A stretch of DNA of 64,000 nt. Source: Escherichia coli (GTDB lineage: Bacteria; Pseudomonadota; Gammaproteobacteria; Enterobacterales; Enterobacteriaceae). The first letter of the stretch is position 1, and every line of letters starts with the position of its first letter. The DNA lies in the NCBI RefSeq assembly GCF_044324785.1, contig NZ_CP172127.1, one strand, 5' to 3'. Both the position numbers and the translations under genes were made by a program. Below the pieces are notes generated by a model, which made no database searches, was not told where the DNA came from, and was given only the letters and a program-made list of their open reading frames with translations. Shown piece by piece: positions 44,499-56,262 of the stretch.

Positions 44499-46153
44499 TA
44501 AGGAATCATCCACGTTAAGACATAAGCCTGAAGCGTGGTGATCACGCCCACCATACAGGTGAAGATCAGGCTGTGTTTGACAGTAAAGCGGAACAAATCA
44601 GACTCTTTGCCCACCAGGCCTACCGCCGCACAGGCGATAGCGATAGATTGCGGCGAGATCATTTTGCCGGTGACACCACCGGTGGTGTTGGCGGCAACCA
44701 GCAACAGGTCAGAAACGCCAATTTGTTGTGCTGCAGTGGCTTGCAGCGCGGCGAACAGGGCGTTAGATGAGGTATCCGATCCGGTCAGGAAGACACCAAG
44801 CCAGCCGAGGAACGGCGAGAAGAAGGTGAATGCATGGCCGGTGTGCGCCAGTGCCAGCGCCAGCGTTGATGATAGTCCGGAATAGTTCGAGATAAAGGCG
44901 AACGCCAGCACCATACCGATGGAGTAGATAGGCAGAGCCAGTTCTTTCAGCGTGCTGCCGAAGGTGCTGATAGCGTCAGATGGTTTCATCTTCAGCCAGA
45001 CAATTGAGAGCAGGGCAGCAAAAAGAATGGCGGTACCGGTGGCAGAGAACCAGTCGAACTTAAACACGGCGGCATACGCTGTCGCTTCGCTGACCACTGG
45101 CGGCATACGGGCAACCAGTTTATCGAGGTACGGCACCGGAATATTGATCACCCATTCATACAGCGCACCACCCGAAGCGAACAGGGCTTTAAACGGTGGA
45201 ATACTCCACAGCGTTACGGTGGCGGTCAGGAATAGGAACGGTGTCCAGGCGCGAAGCACCTGACCTGCGGTGTAACCGGTGTGAGCCAGCGTCATATCAA
45301 CCTGTGACGCCCCTAAGTCACCGAAGCGGAATACGCGCACTGGTTGCCAGCGTTTGAGGAACAGCGTCAGGCAGAGCAGTGATACCAGCGAAGAGATAAT
45401 GTCTGGCAGTTCCGGCCCAATGAAGTTAGAGCTGAGGTATTGAGCAATGGCAAACGAACCACCTGCAACCACGACCGCAGGCCACGTTTCTTTGATTCCG
45501 CGCCAACCGTCCATAATCGCCATGATCCAGAACAGCACGATAATGGTCATAAACGGCAGCTGACGCCCCACCATCTGACCAATCTCAAAGCTGTCGATGC
45601 CTGTTACCTGCCCGGCGACCAGAATCGGAATACCCATCGCGCCAAATGCCACTGGTGCGGTGTTAACAATCAGGCACAGTCCGGCGGCGTAGAGTGGTTT
45701 AAAGCCCAGACCGACCAGCAATGCGGCGGTAATTGCTACCGGTGCGCCAAAGCCTGCGGCTCCTTCAAGGAAAGCGCCGAAACAGAAACCGACGATCAGC
45801 ATTTGCAGGCGCTGGTCAGGGGTTATCGAAAGAATAGACGAGCGGATGATGTCAAACTGCCCGGTTTTCACCGAGATCTTATAGACGAACACCGCTGCAA
45901 TAATGATCCACGCGATGGGCCACAAACCGTAGAAGAAGCCATAAATCACCGAGGCCAGCGCGTTAGCGACCGGCATTTTATAGAACAGCAAAGCCACGGC
46001 AAGGGCGATTGCCACCGTCCATGAGGCGGCGACATAACCTTTGAGTTTGAGCTTAATCAGCGCAAAGAAGAAAAACAGGATGGGAAGCGATGCTATCAGA
46101 CTGGAAAGCCAGATATTCCCGGCGGGATCGTAGTTTTGTTGCCAGAGATTCAT
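44498..46153 (-). CDS. lldP: L-lactate permease
   Basis: ORF trimmed to [41 protein letters not shown]... Confidence 0.9.
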   Translation of the reverse strand: MNLWQQNYDPAGNIWLSSLIASLPILFFFFALIKLKLKGYVAASWTVAIALAVALLFYKMPVANALASVIYGFFYGLWPIAWIIIAAVFVYKISVKTGQFDIIRSSILSITPDQRLQMLIVGFCFGAFLEGAAGFGAPVAITAALLVGLGFKPLYAAGLCLIVNTAPVAFGAMGIPILVAGQVTGIDSFEIGQMVGRQLPFMTIIVLFWIMAIMDGWRGIKETWPAVVVAGGSFAIAQYLSSNFIGPELPDIISSLVSLLCLTLFLKRWQPVRVFRFGDLGASQVDMTLAHTGYTAGQVLRAWTPFLFLTATVTLWSIPPFKALFASGGALYEWVINIPVPYLDKLVARMPPVVSEATAYAAVFKFDWFSATGTAILFAALLSIVWLKMKPSDAISTFGSTLKELALPIYSIGMVLAFAFISNYSGLSSTLALALAHTGHAFTFFSPFLGWLGVFLTGSDTSSNALFAALQATAAQQIGVSDLLLVAANTTGGVTGKMISPQSIAIACAAVGLVGKESDLFRFTVKHSLIFTCMVGVITTLQAYVLTWMIP

Positions 46154-46385
46154 TGCAGGTCTCCTGGAGTCCACGCACATCGTGTAATGAGTCTGATGCT
46201 CATCTCCTTGTCACACGTTGTGTAAAAGTGGCACTGCCAATTGTGTTGTGTAGGGATAATGACAATGAATGGTTAACTAAATGTTATGCATTGGCAACAT
46301 TGATGCGAGTTTTAATTGGGGAATTGTGAACCAGAGGTCAGATAAGCGAAGAATTGGTAGGGCCAATCTTGGGGGAGAGGTAATG

Positions 46386-46420
46386 AAGAAAAGGGCAATC
46401 CTCATCAGAGAATTGCCCTC
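46386..46420 (-). terminator. rho-independent terminator downstream of the autotransporter gene
   Basis: On minus strand: gggcaattctctgatgaggattgccc followed by ttttcttc. Confidence 0.5.
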
Positions 46421-46431
46421 AGATTGTTGAC

Positions 46432-46535
<104 letters not shown>

Positions 46536-46564
46536 GTGGCGTTTACCCATTCGTTAATGGATGA

Positions 46565-49500
46565 TTACCACTGAATACCGGCACCGAGTGCGGCGGAGTA
46601 TTCACCCTGGCTATTGGTACTACCTTGTAATTTGTAGACCCAACGACCATTGGCGCTCACCATCGACACACCTAAAGCAACAGCCGACTCACCGTTGTAA
46701 GTACCGCCACCAATAGAGGCCATACTGGCACCTGGAGTGTAAGCCTGCGGCAGACCGGTCATTGCCATTGCAGAAGCGATACCACCGCTCAACTTGCTTT
46801 CGGTTTTGGACAGTTTGTTATCCATCTCAACCATCCGCTGATCGGTGTATTGCTTCGTTTCCTGCACGCTTTGCTTCAGCTGCGCATAGTTCACTGCGTC
46901 GTTGTTGTTCACGCCAGCGGAGACGTTGCTGATGCGAGTCGTACCGCCATTACCACCACCGAGAGTGATGTTGCTGTAGTCTACAGAGCCATCAGCTTTG
47001 GTGTCGTAACGAACGCCGCCTGCCTCAGAAGACTTCAGCTGCGAAACGTTAACCGCATCGGTGGCATTAACACCTGCAGCAACGTTGGTGATACGACGCT
47101 GGTTGGTAGAAGAACCCACAGAGATGGTATTTTCTTCGTTGGCCACGGAGCCTGTACCCAGCGCGACGCTGTTGTCAGCGGCAGCAATGGAACCAGAACC
47201 AATCGCAACACTGTCTTTACCCTGCGCGTTGGCATCTACGCCATCGGTGTTGGTCTTGAAGTATTTGGTGCTACCGGTGGTTACGATATCGCCAATGCCG
47301 TTTTCGATATTGGTAACGCGAGTATCCAGATTCGTCACCTGATTGTTCAGGTTAGTAATGCTCTGGGTATTCTGGGAAACCTGCGCGTCCGTTACTTTCA
47401 ACTGACCCACGTTGACCGCATCGGTATCAGCCGAACCAGCCGCGACGTTGGTGATCTGACGTTGACCGTCTTCACTGCCGACAGAGAACTCACCCACAGA
47501 GTTCTGCGGTGCATCCATGTTGTAGGCGGTGTAGCCAGTTTGAGCACCACGAGTCGTCTGTGAGCCATTACCCATAGCAATGCTGTTTGCATGGTTTGCA
47601 CGCGCGTTGCTACCAATAGCAATACCGTTGATCGCATCAGACAGAACCAGAGTGTTCAGGCCGATACCAATGCCCGCATTACCATTAACGATAGTATTCG
47701 CGCCCATTGCCAGCGAGTCAGTACCTACTGCCAGTGAATCTTCTTCCGTTGAATTAGCGTGGAAGTATTTAGTCGGCGTGGTTGCAACTGCACCAATGGC
47801 ATTTTGCAACTGGCGAACCGTAACGGCGTCATGGGCTTCGGAACCATCGGCTACGTTGATGATTTGACGATATTTACCATCATCACCAATAGACAACGCA
47901 CCAAGTAGTTCGCCATCCGTGGTGTCATAACCAATCACAACACCTTCTTCCGACACGCTGGTGTCACGAGAACCTTTAACTATTACACGGCTGGAAACAG
48001 AACTGCTACCCAGGGCGATACCCGTATCAACGTCGCTGTAGCTGTCCTGACCGATGACTACACTGCTATGGCCTTCGGCAACAGCGTTATAACCCACGGC
48101 CACGCTGCTATCGCCTTTGGCAACAGAGTCATAACCGACAGCGGTAGAGCCGATACCAACTGCGCTGGCGTCGTTGAACGCTAAGCCCTTATCGTTGGTA
48201 CGCACATAGTTAATACCTGCACCATTTTCGTTGATATAGGATTCGCTGGTGTCACCGGCAAGCTGATTGATGATTTCGCTGTTCTGCTGGATCATCATAT
48301 TGGTGTTAAACAGCTGAGAACCGTTGATGGCGTCGGTACTGCCTTCGCCAATGTTACCATCAGCAACGTTTGTGATGATGCTGGCCTTGCCGTCATGGCT
48401 GGCGTTGTAGGCACCTGCACCGTCATTGGCCGTTGCATCCCACAGCAGAGCGTTATCGTCGAGCGCATCCAGGGCGTCACCGACGTTGTTGTACTCGGCA
48501 TTTGCAATGGTGTAACTCGGCGCAGTGATAGTGCCGTCAGCGTTAACTTCTGCGTCACCCCCCAGGGCATCGGCAATGTATTTGTTGGTGGTATACAGTT
48601 GTGAACCGTTAATGGCATCGCTGCTGGTGGCAGAGATTGCACCGTTAGCGACGTTAGTGATTACACTGGCTGTTTTATCTTTTCCGTGAGCGGCGCTAAA
48701 TGCACCATTACCATCATTGGCTGTAGCATCCCACAGCAGGGCGTCATCCAGCGTGGTATCGATCGCTTCCAGCGCGTCACCGACGTTGCTGTAACTGCCG
48801 CCAGCGATGGCATAAGTCGGTGCGGTGATTGTGCCGTCAGCATTGACTTCTGCGTCACCACCCAGAGTATCGGCAATGTACTTGCTGGTGTCATAGAGCT
48901 GTGAGCCGTTAATAGCGTCGCTGCTGGTAGAGGAAATTGCACCGTCTGCAACATTAGTAATGATGCTGGCCATGTTATCTTTTCCGCGACCGGCGCTAAA
49001 CGCACCGTCACCGCCCTTGGCGGTCGCATCCCAGAGTAGGGCGTCACCGAGTGATGTGCTAAATGACGTGTTAATGGCTGCCAGAGCCTCACCGACGTTA
49101 TTGTAGTCAGTACCACCAATAGTGTAGGTTGGCCCGGTTAATACACCCGCATCGCTGATATCAGCACCACCGCCAAGGTATGACGTAAATGAATCAGCTA
49201 AGCCATAAAGTTGTGAGCCATTAATGGCGTCAGTGCTGTCAGAGGATACTGTGCCTGCCAGTAAGTTGGTGATTTTGCTGTCAGTACCGTTGGTGCCGTG
49301 TTTGGCACTGAATGCACCCGCCGTAGCATTCCACAGCAGAGAGTCATCACCGAGACTGTCAACAGCATCACTCAGGTTGTTGATATTGGTAGTGTTGGTG
49401 GTGATATTGGCGGTATTGGTCGCCACGTTATCGTTGGTGGTTTTCAGCTGAGAGCCGTTAACCGCGTCGGTGCTGCCAGCCGCCAGTTCACCGGCTTTGA

Positions 49501-52279
49501 CGTTGGTGATTTTGTTGGTGGCATCGGTGCCGTGCGCGGCGCTGAATGCTTTCGCTGCATCATTCCACAGCAGAGAGTCATCACCGAGACTGTCAACAGC
49601 GTCAGTCAGGTTGGTGATGTTGGTGGTGTTCGTGGCGATATTGGTGGTGTTGGCTGCCACGGCATCGTTAGTGGTTTTGAGCTGAGAGCCGTTAACCGCG
49701 TCGGTGCTGCCAGCCGTCAGGTCACCGTCTTTGACGTTAGTGATTTTGCTGGTGGCATCGGTACCGTGTGCGGCGCTGAATGCTTTCGCTGCATCATTCC
49801 ACAGCAGAGAGTCATCACCGAGACTGTCAACAGCGTCAGTCAGGTTGGTGATGTTGGTGGTGTTCGTGGCGATATTGGTGGTGTTGGCTGCCACGGCATC
49901 GTTAGTGGTTTTGAGCTGAGAGCCGTTAACCGCGTCGGTGCTGCCAGCCGTCAGGTCACCGTCTTTGACGTTAGTGATTTTGCTGGTGGCATCGGTACCG
50001 TGTGCGGCGCTGAATGCTTTCGCTGCATCATTCCACAGCAGAGAGTCATCACCGAGACTGTCAACAGCGTCAGTCAGGTTGGTGATGTTGGTGGTGTTCG
50101 TGGCGATATTGGTGGTGTTGGCTGCCACGGCATCGTTAGTGGTTTTGAGCTGAGAGCCGTTAACAGCGTCGGTGCTGCCAGCCGTCAGGTCACCGTCTTT
50201 GACGTTGGTGATTTTGCTGGTGGCATCGGTGCCGTGCGCGGCGCTGAACGCGGTGCCATTCCACAGCAGGGCATCGTCTTTAAGGTCGCCAACGGAATCA
50301 GTCAGGTTGGTGATATTGGTGGTGTTGGTCGCTACGTTATCGTTGGTGGTTTTGAGCTGAGAGCCGTTAACCGCGTCAGTGCTGCCAGCCGTCAGGTCAC
50401 CGTCTTTGACGTTGGTGATTTTGCTGGTGGCATCGGTGCCGTGCGCGGCGCTGAACGCGGTGCCATTCCACAGCAGGGCATCGTCTTTAAGGTCGCCAAC
50501 GGAATCAGTCAGGTTGGTGATATTGGTGGTGTTGGTCGCTACGTTATCGTTGGTGGTTTTGAGCTGAGAGCCGTTAACCGCGTCAGTGCTGCCAGCCGTC
50601 AGGTCACCGTCTTTGACGTTAGTGATTTTGCTGGTGGCATCGGTGCCGTGCGCGGCGCTGAACGCGGTGCCATTCCACAGCAGGGCATCGTCTTTAAGGT
50701 CGCCAACGGAATCCGTCAGGGTATTGATACTGTTAGTGTTGGTGGTGATATTGGCAGTATTGGTCGCTACGTTATCGTTGGTGGTTTTCAGCTGAGAACC
50801 GTTAACCGCATCCTTACTGGTATCAGAAATAGCGCCGTCTTTAACGTTGGTGATGGTACTGGTAGTATCTGTACCATGTGCCGCACTATATGCCTTTTTA
50901 AGGGAGTCCCATTGTAACGTATTATTGTCCAGGCCCGTTAAGGCGTCGCCAACAGTGCCGAAAATACCACTTTTCAGCCTGTAATTTGGGGAAGTAACGA
51001 CGCCTTGCGCATTGACGGTAGCCCCCCCACCAAGATTGTCCGCTACTGACTTACTGATAGCATAAAGCTGTGATCCATTGATGGCATCAGTACTGGTAGT
51101 GCTGATATCACCTGCTGCCATATTGACAATTTGTCGCTGAGCTGTTGTGTTACCCACAGAAACAGTATCCGCGTCAGTCGCTACAGAACCAGCACCCAGA
51201 GCAACTGAATTTTTCCCCTGAGCACTGGCTTGAGCACCAATTGCAGTGCCATTTTCTAAACCGGCATAACTGCCTTGTCCAAGAGCAATAGCATTTACAC
51301 CACCTGTAATACTACCATTACCCAGCGCGATAGCATTTGCGCCGTCAGCTTTATTCCCTTGACCGATGGCAATTGCGCCAGCCGCTACTGCCTGACTTTG
51401 ATTGCCCAGAGCAATCGTGTTGTCGACATCTGCAATACTGCCGGAGCCCAACGCGATACTATTAAGTCCATTTGCCTCCGCGTTAGTACCAACTGCCGTC
51501 GCATTTTCAGCAGCTTTGCTCTCTGCACCCATAGCAATCGCGTTTGCGTCGCTGGCGGCGGATAGTCTGCCTAATGCGAGGCTGTCTACGCCAGCAGCAG
51601 CACTGTTACGGCCTACTGCAATCGCGTTAGCTGCAGATGCGGCACTACTTGCACCCAGCGCCATTGCATATTCTTTCGACGCATTAGCCGTTGCACCGAG
51701 GGCGATACTCATAATTCCTAAGGCCTTGCTCTTACGTCCAAATGCGATGGCGTCATCAGCACCAGTCTCTGCGTAATCCCCTTGTGCAATAGCAAATTCA
51801 CCTGTTGAGTTTGCATAACGACCAAGTGCGATTGAAAATCCACCCGTTGACGTTGCCGATGCACCTATAGCGAGGCTTCGCTCACCTGCTGAGATAGTGT
51901 TAATCCCTAACGCCACTGATGCTTCGCCAAGCGAATGGGTCTTAGCACCGAGGGCTGTTGACCACCTTCCGTCAGCAGTTGAGTGATAACCTACTGCGGT
52001 GCTGGAGCCACCCCCGGTGTCTGTAAAGCTATTTGCTTTTGCATCTTCACCGATAGCAACCCAGCCTGTTCCTGTGCCCTGGCCATAATTGACGCCCTGA
52101 CCGTTGTCAATCCCGGCATTCGCCAGTGCCCCAAACGACGACAACAACCCACCCGCAACCAGGGCAGAAATTAACAGCTTACTGCGCCCGCTCTTTTTGC
52201 CACGGCTTTTGGCCGTTTCGCTGGCAACGGTGTAACTGCCCGTAGCCGGATTCCAGATAACTTTAAAAATTTTGTTCAT
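46565..52279 (-). CDS. trimeric autotransporter adhesin (YadA-like membrane anchor; UpaG/EhaG/SadA family), 1904 aa
   Basis: N-terminal extended signal peptide [21 protein letters not shown]...; hundreds of residues of NxxAxG/SxAxG head and neck repeats; C-terminal YadA-type anchor ...[41 protein letters not shown] ending in aromatic residue. Confidence 0.9.
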   Translation of the reverse strand: MNKIFKVIWNPATGSYTVASETAKSRGKKSGRSKLLISALVAGGLLSSFGALANAGIDNGQGVNYGQGTGTGWVAIGEDAKANSFTDTGGGSSTAVGYHSTADGRWSTALGAKTHSLGEASVALGINTISAGERSLAIGASATSTGGFSIALGRYANSTGEFAIAQGDYAETGADDAIAFGRKSKALGIMSIALGATANASKEYAMALGASSAASAANAIAVGRNSAAAGVDSLALGRLSAASDANAIAMGAESKAAENATAVGTNAEANGLNSIALGSGSIADVDNTIALGNQSQAVAAGAIAIGQGNKADGANAIALGNGSITGGVNAIALGQGSYAGLENGTAIGAQASAQGKNSVALGAGSVATDADTVSVGNTTAQRQIVNMAAGDISTTSTDAINGSQLYAISKSVADNLGGGATVNAQGVVTSPNYRLKSGIFGTVGDALTGLDNNTLQWDSLKKAYSAAHGTDTTSTITNVKDGAISDTSKDAVNGSQLKTTNDNVATNTANITTNTNSINTLTDSVGDLKDDALLWNGTAFSAAHGTDATSKITNVKDGDLTAGSTDAVNGSQLKTTNDNVATNTTNITNLTDSVGDLKDDALLWNGTAFSAAHGTDATSKITNVKDGDLTAGSTDAVNGSQLKTTNDNVATNTTNITNLTDSVGDLKDDALLWNGTAFSAAHGTDATSKITNVKDGDLTAGSTDAVNGSQLKTTNDAVAANTTNIATNTTNITNLTDAVDSLGDDSLLWNDAAKAFSAAHGTDATSKITNVKDGDLTAGSTDAVNGSQLKTTNDAVAANTTNIATNTTNITNLTDAVDSLGDDSLLWNDAAKAFSAAHGTDATSKITNVKDGDLTAGSTDAVNGSQLKTTNDAVAANTTNIATNTTNITNLTDAVDSLGDDSLLWNDAAKAFSAAHGTDATNKITNVKAGELAAGSTDAVNGSQLKTTNDNVATNTANITTNTTNINNLSDAVDSLGDDSLLWNATAGAFSAKHGTNGTDSKITNLLAGTVSSDSTDAINGSQLYGLADSFTSYLGGGADISDAGVLTGPTYTIGGTDYNNVGEALAAINTSFSTSLGDALLWDATAKGGDGAFSAGRGKDNMASIITNVADGAISSTSSDAINGSQLYDTSKYIADTLGGDAEVNADGTITAPTYAIAGGSYSNVGDALEAIDTTLDDALLWDATANDGNGAFSAAHGKDKTASVITNVANGAISATSSDAINGSQLYTTNKYIADALGGDAEVNADGTITAPSYTIANAEYNNVGDALDALDDNALLWDATANDGAGAYNASHDGKASIITNVADGNIGEGSTDAINGSQLFNTNMMIQQNSEIINQLAGDTSESYINENGAGINYVRTNDKGLAFNDASAVGIGSTAVGYDSVAKGDSSVAVGYNAVAEGHSSVVIGQDSYSDVDTGIALGSSSVSSRVIVKGSRDTSVSEEGVVIGYDTTDGELLGALSIGDDGKYRQIINVADGSEAHDAVTVRQLQNAIGAVATTPTKYFHANSTEEDSLAVGTDSLAMGANTIVNGNAGIGIGLNTLVLSDAINGIAIGSNARANHANSIAMGNGSQTTRGAQTGYTAYNMDAPQNSVGEFSVGSEDGQRQITNVAAGSADTDAVNVGQLKVTDAQVSQNTQSITNLNNQVTNLDTRVTNIENGIGDIVTTGSTKYFKTNTDGVDANAQGKDSVAIGSGSIAAADNSVALGTGSVANEENTISVGSSTNQRRITNVAAGVNATDAVNVSQLKSSEAGGVRYDTKADGSVDYSNITLGGGNGGTTRISNVSAGVNNNDAVNYAQLKQSVQETKQYTDQRMVEMDNKLSKTESKLSGGIASAMAMTGLPQAYTPGASMASIGGGTYNGESAVALGVSMVSANGRWVYKLQGSTNSQGEYSAALGAGIQW
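49452..50800. repeat. near-identical in-frame tandem repeats inside the autotransporter gene (3 x 234 bp then 3 x 207 bp)
   Basis: Antisense ORF track shows identical 71-aa peptides at 49704 and 49938 (period 234) and identical 62-aa peptides at 50172 and 50379 (period 207); in the sense frame the protein repeats [48 protein letters not shown]... Confidence 0.85.
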
Positions 52280-52322
52280 TATTGATGCTCTCTATTCCTT
52301 GATATAAGCGCAGAAGCTGCAT

Positions 52323-53006
52323 TTATTTTTTGTTTTTTCGCTGCCGAGTTTCAGCAGGTTGAACAGTGTCGAACTGGAGATTGGCCATATTGATGGACAA
52401 CTTCAGATACTTCAGGTTATTAGGCGAAACGCCTTTTAATGTCAGATTAATGTCTTGCCATTGACCAGGCATTAATTGCAGAGTGGAATTCATGGTGGTG
52501 TTGAAAAGTAATTGTTGCCACTTTGCCAGAGCTTTGGCATCGGTGGGTCTTTCATTGCCCCATGTCGCATGAAAGCCAATATTTGATACGGGAACGCTTA
52601 AAAGGTTAACCAGCGAAATACGAATAACACTGCCATTTTCAACCGCATCAATAGCCAGCACCCGGCCTGCCAAACCGACCGATCCGTTATTTAAAATGAA
52701 ATATTGTGTTTGTGCTGGGTTAAATTCTGTAAAGACAAATTCGTCCTGCTTGTCTTTAACCGCTTTCACCACGCCAGCGAGCGTTTTGGTACTATTTATG
52801 ATGGTAGTTTGTTGTTTTTCAAAATGTTCTATCTTTCGCTTATCGAGTTCCTGTTGTTTCTCAAGCGCCTCAATTTTGCTTTTTTGCAACTCTTGCTGTG
52901 TAACGAGGTCGTCGACCTTACTCGCTTTTTCAATATAGTCACACCCTGCCAATAAGCAGAGAGGCACTATTATTAACACGCTTAACAGTGTTTTCTTTAG
53001 GTTCAT
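52323..53006 (-). CDS. SadB-like lipoprotein (putative trimeric autotransporter export helper)
   Basis: Lipobox LLAGC after signal peptide; coiled-coil segment QQELQKSKIEALEKQQELDKRKIEHFEKQQ; encoded immediately upstream of and co-oriented with the autotransporter, as sadB is with sadA in Salmonella. Confidence 0.6.
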   Translation of the reverse strand: MNLKKTLLSVLIIVPLCLLAGCDYIEKASKVDDLVTQQELQKSKIEALEKQQELDKRKIEHFEKQQTTIINSTKTLAGVVKAVKDKQDEFVFTEFNPAQTQYFILNNGSVGLAGRVLAIDAVENGSVIRISLVNLLSVPVSNIGFHATWGNERPTDAKALAKWQQLLFNTTMNSTLQLMPGQWQDINLTLKGVSPNNLKYLKLSINMANLQFDTVQPAETRQRKNKK

Positions 53007-53494
53007 AGGATGAATTCCTTTTCATAATCCCGATACGTTGATAATTACAGTACAATCATTTTTTTTATGAATGATTAGAGTGGGGCATATCCGCCAAATA
53101 AATTTGTTAGAGAATTTTTGTATTAATGGGTTGTGCGAATATGTTTTTAAGTGTCAAACAATTTTAGTTTGTAGCCAATAAATAAATTGATCGCGCGGAT
53201 TTTAATGATCGCTGTCAATCAATGTCAAATGTTTCACCGGATAAAGGCCCAGGGAAGGGAAAGGTAAATATTCAGTTGAGTGATGTTTTATTGCGAAGTT
53301 TGCGATGCTGATAGAAAAATTTAAATAATTAATTATGTTTCAAGCATTGATATGCGGTAATTCATTGCTGATATTGATACATCATTATTTAATTTGTACC
53401 TGCTTTTCAGAATTTAGCCTGCTCCGAGCGCTCAGAAGTGTAGGTGGAGTTGAATATATAATGTTAAGAACGTTACAAATATTCGATCTCTGAA

Positions 53495-53525
53495 ACAGGC
53501 TCCTGCATGTGCCAGCAGGAGCGAG
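53495..53525 (-). terminator. stem-loop downstream of yibL
   Basis: ggctcctgc-atgtgcca-gcaggagc 8-9 bp stem. Confidence 0.4.
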
Positions 53526-53566
53526 TAAATCGTGAGTGGCTGTAATTACAGCGACGAGAAAGGAAC

Positions 53567-53929
53567 TTAAAACGCAGTCTTAGAGAATCCAGTCATCTCC
53601 TGCAGGCCCATTTCACGGCCCAGCGCGGTCATTGGGTGCACAACGACCAGTCCGCGAACGCTCTTCTTCAGTTTGCCCATATCAGCTTGCTCTTTTTTAG
53701 TAATCGCGCGCTGGAACGGCATCTTCATCAGCTTCTGTGCTTCCTTACTGAGTTTCTGGCTGTGAACTTCGCGCAGGCGAGCAATTTCTGCTTCCAGAGT
53801 GGCTTTCTCTTTTTCCAGTTCGGCATATTTGTCTGCGGCTTCCACCAGCGACAGATCGGCCTGCTGGTGACGGATGGCGTCCAGACGATCGCTGAGACGT
53901 TTGATTTCGTTTTTTTCGACTTCTTTCAT
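53567..53929 (-). CDS. yibL: YibL family ribosome-associated protein
   Basis: 120-aa [55 protein letters not shown]... Confidence 0.85.
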
Positions 53930-54212
53930 GTGATGACTTCTGATAGAGATAAATTTATAGCCTCTAGTATGCGCGACCAGGTGCTTTGTTCACAACTGAT
54001 GACATTGCAATAGTTCTATAACGTAATCATTAACTTGCTTAAAAAGCACGCAATTTGTTGATTAATTAAGAAATTTAAAGAAAAAAGATAGTTAACAGAA
54101 GCGGATGATTATTGAGGATTGAGCACGTTTTCCTTAATGTCATTTATACCGGGATCTAAACTAAAATTGGCGGCCGCGCATTCCCGGCGCGGGGTAATAC
54201 GGAGATATCATC

Positions 54213-54422
54213 ATGGGCAAATTAGGTGAAAACGTTCCGCTTCTTATCGATAAAGCCGTAGATTTCATGGCATCCAGCCAGGCGTTCCGGGAGTATCTGA
54301 AAAAACTACCTCCCCGTAACGCGATTCCGTCCGGAATACCTGATGAAAGCGTGCCGTTATATCTACAACGTCTGGAGTATTATCGTCGGCTTTATCGGCC
54401 GAAACAGGTAGAGGAGAAGTAA
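54213..54422 (+). CDS. yibT: small protein YibT-like (69 aa)
   Basis: ORF at the position occupied by yibT between yibL and mtlR; symbol from position, sequence not independently verified. Confidence 0.55.
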   Translation: MGKLGENVPLLIDKAVDFMASSQAFREYLKKLPPRNAIPSGIPDESVPLYLQRLEYYRRLYRPKQVEEK

Positions 54423-54432
54423 GCGAAAGTAC

Positions 54433-55020
54433 TTACTTTTGAAAGGCTTTTTTTAAGCTGATTTTGGAAATCAGCTCTGTCAGTGAAAGGACCATTGTTG
54501 ATCGCACAGCCTGTTGGTAACGCTGAATTTGCATTGCATACAAACTGGAGTCTGCAGGTTCAAACTGTGGCGGCGGTGGTAACGCCGCCACGCAATGCAG
54601 TTCACCAAAGGGTCCAAGGATTTCGTCGTCGGTAAACGCGTACTCGTTGCCGTCGTGATTTAGCTCTTCACGCAATGCCATCAGTAGCTCCGCATCTTCG
54701 TATTCCTGGCGGTTAATGACGCCCAACCCGTAAATGAGTTTTAAACGCACAGAAAGCTCGCCCAGCGGACCGTCGCCGTCGAGTAACGGTTCTACAGCAT
54801 ACTTCACCGCGTAATCGTCTTTGCGGAATACCTGAAGCACCAGAAGATTTACCGCCTCGGTCAAAAGCTCGACGGCGGTGATCAGAAAGCTTCGCACGGT
54901 TTTGCCAGCATTCAGACGCTCAAGCACACGGTTTTCAAAGGCCTGGGTTTGTTCCATTGTTGCCTGCATATCTGACAATCTGTTATTCGGGCGCAGGGTG
55001 TCCTGCGCCTGGTCCACCAT
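54433..55020 (-). CDS. mtlR: mannitol operon repressor
   Basis: 195-aa ORF directly downstream of mtlD. Confidence 0.85.
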   Translation of the reverse strand: MVDQAQDTLRPNNRLSDMQATMEQTQAFENRVLERLNAGKTVRSFLITAVELLTEAVNLLVLQVFRKDDYAVKYAVEPLLDGDGPLGELSVRLKLIYGLGVINRQEYEDAELLMALREELNHDGNEYAFTDDEILGPFGELHCVAALPPPPQFEPADSSLYAMQIQRYQQAVRSTMVLSLTELISKISLKKAFQK

Positions 55021-56168
55021 TATTGCATTGCTTTATAAGCGGTTACCGCCTCGGATACAACCTCGCTGTTGGCATCAAGACCGGAAATCTGTGCCAGCGC
55101 CGCCTGCGGACCTTTGTCAGCGATCAGTGCTGCCAGTTCCTGAGCCTGCGGATCATCTTCACTGCGGAAGTGCATTGCAGCGGCAATACCTTCAATCAGG
55201 TTTTTATGTGGCAGACCATATTCCAGCGTACCGAGCAGTGGCTTGATCAGACGGTCACCAGCGCTCAGTTTACGCAGCGGCTGACGGCCTACGCGCTCTA
55301 CATCATCTTTCAGATACGGGTTCTCAAAACGACCAAGGATTTTCTGGATGTACGCCGCATGTTTGTCCGCGTCAAAGCCGTAACGCTTGATCAGTACCGC
55401 GCCGCTTTCTTCCATCGCACCTTTTACCACCGCGCGGATTTTCTCGTCGAGAATCGCATCACGAATGGTCTGATGACCCGCCAGTTTTCCGAGGTACGCG
55501 GTTATAGCATGACCCGTATTCAGGGTGAAGAGTTTACGTTCGACAAATGCCATCAGGTTGTCGGTTAACTCCATGCCTGGGATGTTCGGCAGCGCGCCTT
55601 TGAACTGGGTTTTATCAACAATCCATTCGCTGAATGTTTCTACCGTCACTTCCAGCGGATCGTTGGTTGCAGAAGCCGAAGGCGGCACGATGCGGTCAAC
55701 GGCGGAATCAACAAAGCCAACGTGTTCTTCTACCCACGCTTTGGCATCTTCTGGCAGGGCGTTCATCACATGGCCTTTCAGCTGCGTGGTGCCGCGTACC
55801 ATGTTTTCACAAGCGATAATGTTCAGTGGGGATTCATTACCTTGTTCTTTACGTTTCACCAGCCCTTTGGCGATTGCCGGGGCAATACGTTCCAGCACAA
55901 CCGGACCAACGGCGGTAGTGACTAAATCAACCTGAGCAATCAGATCAACGACATCATCACCAATGCTGCTGACGGCATTGACGCCGGAAACGGTATCTAC
56001 CTGCTCGGTTTCACCGACCACATGAACCTGATAGCTATGACGGGCATTCAGGGCATCAAGTACCACCTGATTGACATCGGCAAACGTCAGTTGGATACCC
56101 GCGTCTGCCAGCAGTTTACCGATAAAGCCACGACCGATATTACCTGCGCCAAAATGTAATGCTTTCAT
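55020..56168 (-). CDS. mtlD: mannitol-1-phosphate 5-dehydrogenase
   Basis: ORF trimmed to [34 protein letters not shown]... (382 aa). Confidence 0.95.
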   Translation of the reverse strand: MKALHFGAGNIGRGFIGKLLADAGIQLTFADVNQVVLDALNARHSYQVHVVGETEQVDTVSGVNAVSSIGDDVVDLIAQVDLVTTAVGPVVLERIAPAIAKGLVKRKEQGNESPLNIIACENMVRGTTQLKGHVMNALPEDAKAWVEEHVGFVDSAVDRIVPPSASATNDPLEVTVETFSEWIVDKTQFKGALPNIPGMELTDNLMAFVERKLFTLNTGHAITAYLGKLAGHQTIRDAILDEKIRAVVKGAMEESGAVLIKRYGFDADKHAAYIQKILGRFENPYLKDDVERVGRQPLRKLSAGDRLIKPLLGTLEYGLPHKNLIEGIAAAMHFRSEDDPQAQELAALIADKGPQAALAQISGLDANSEVVSEAVTAYKAMQ

Positions 56169-56189
56169 AGTATTAACCTTCATCAATGT

Positions 56190-56260
56190 TTTTACCCGAG
56201 AGGGCTGGGGTGAGGCTTTTCCCTCACCCAAACCCTCTCCGTGAGGAGAGGGTAGGATTG
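56190..56260. repeat. GC-rich palindromic element in the mtlA-mtlD intercistronic region
   Basis: Two adjacent hairpins: gggtgagg-cttttc-cctcaccc and ccctctc-cgtgagg-gagaggg. Confidence 0.6.
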
Positions 56261-56262
56261 GA

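Noticed and set aside
49298-50917. 539-aa plus-strand ORF and a ladder of 62-75-aa plus-strand ORFs across 49224-50795
   Set aside because: They are antisense to the autotransporter gene; open frames arise because the sense strand is a low-complexity in-frame tandem repeat. Useful only as evidence of repeat periodicity.
46850-52174. Possible CRISPR array suggested by regular repeats
   Set aside because: Repeat units are 207-234 bp, protein-coding and in frame within one large ORF; no short repeat-spacer architecture and no cas genes nearby.
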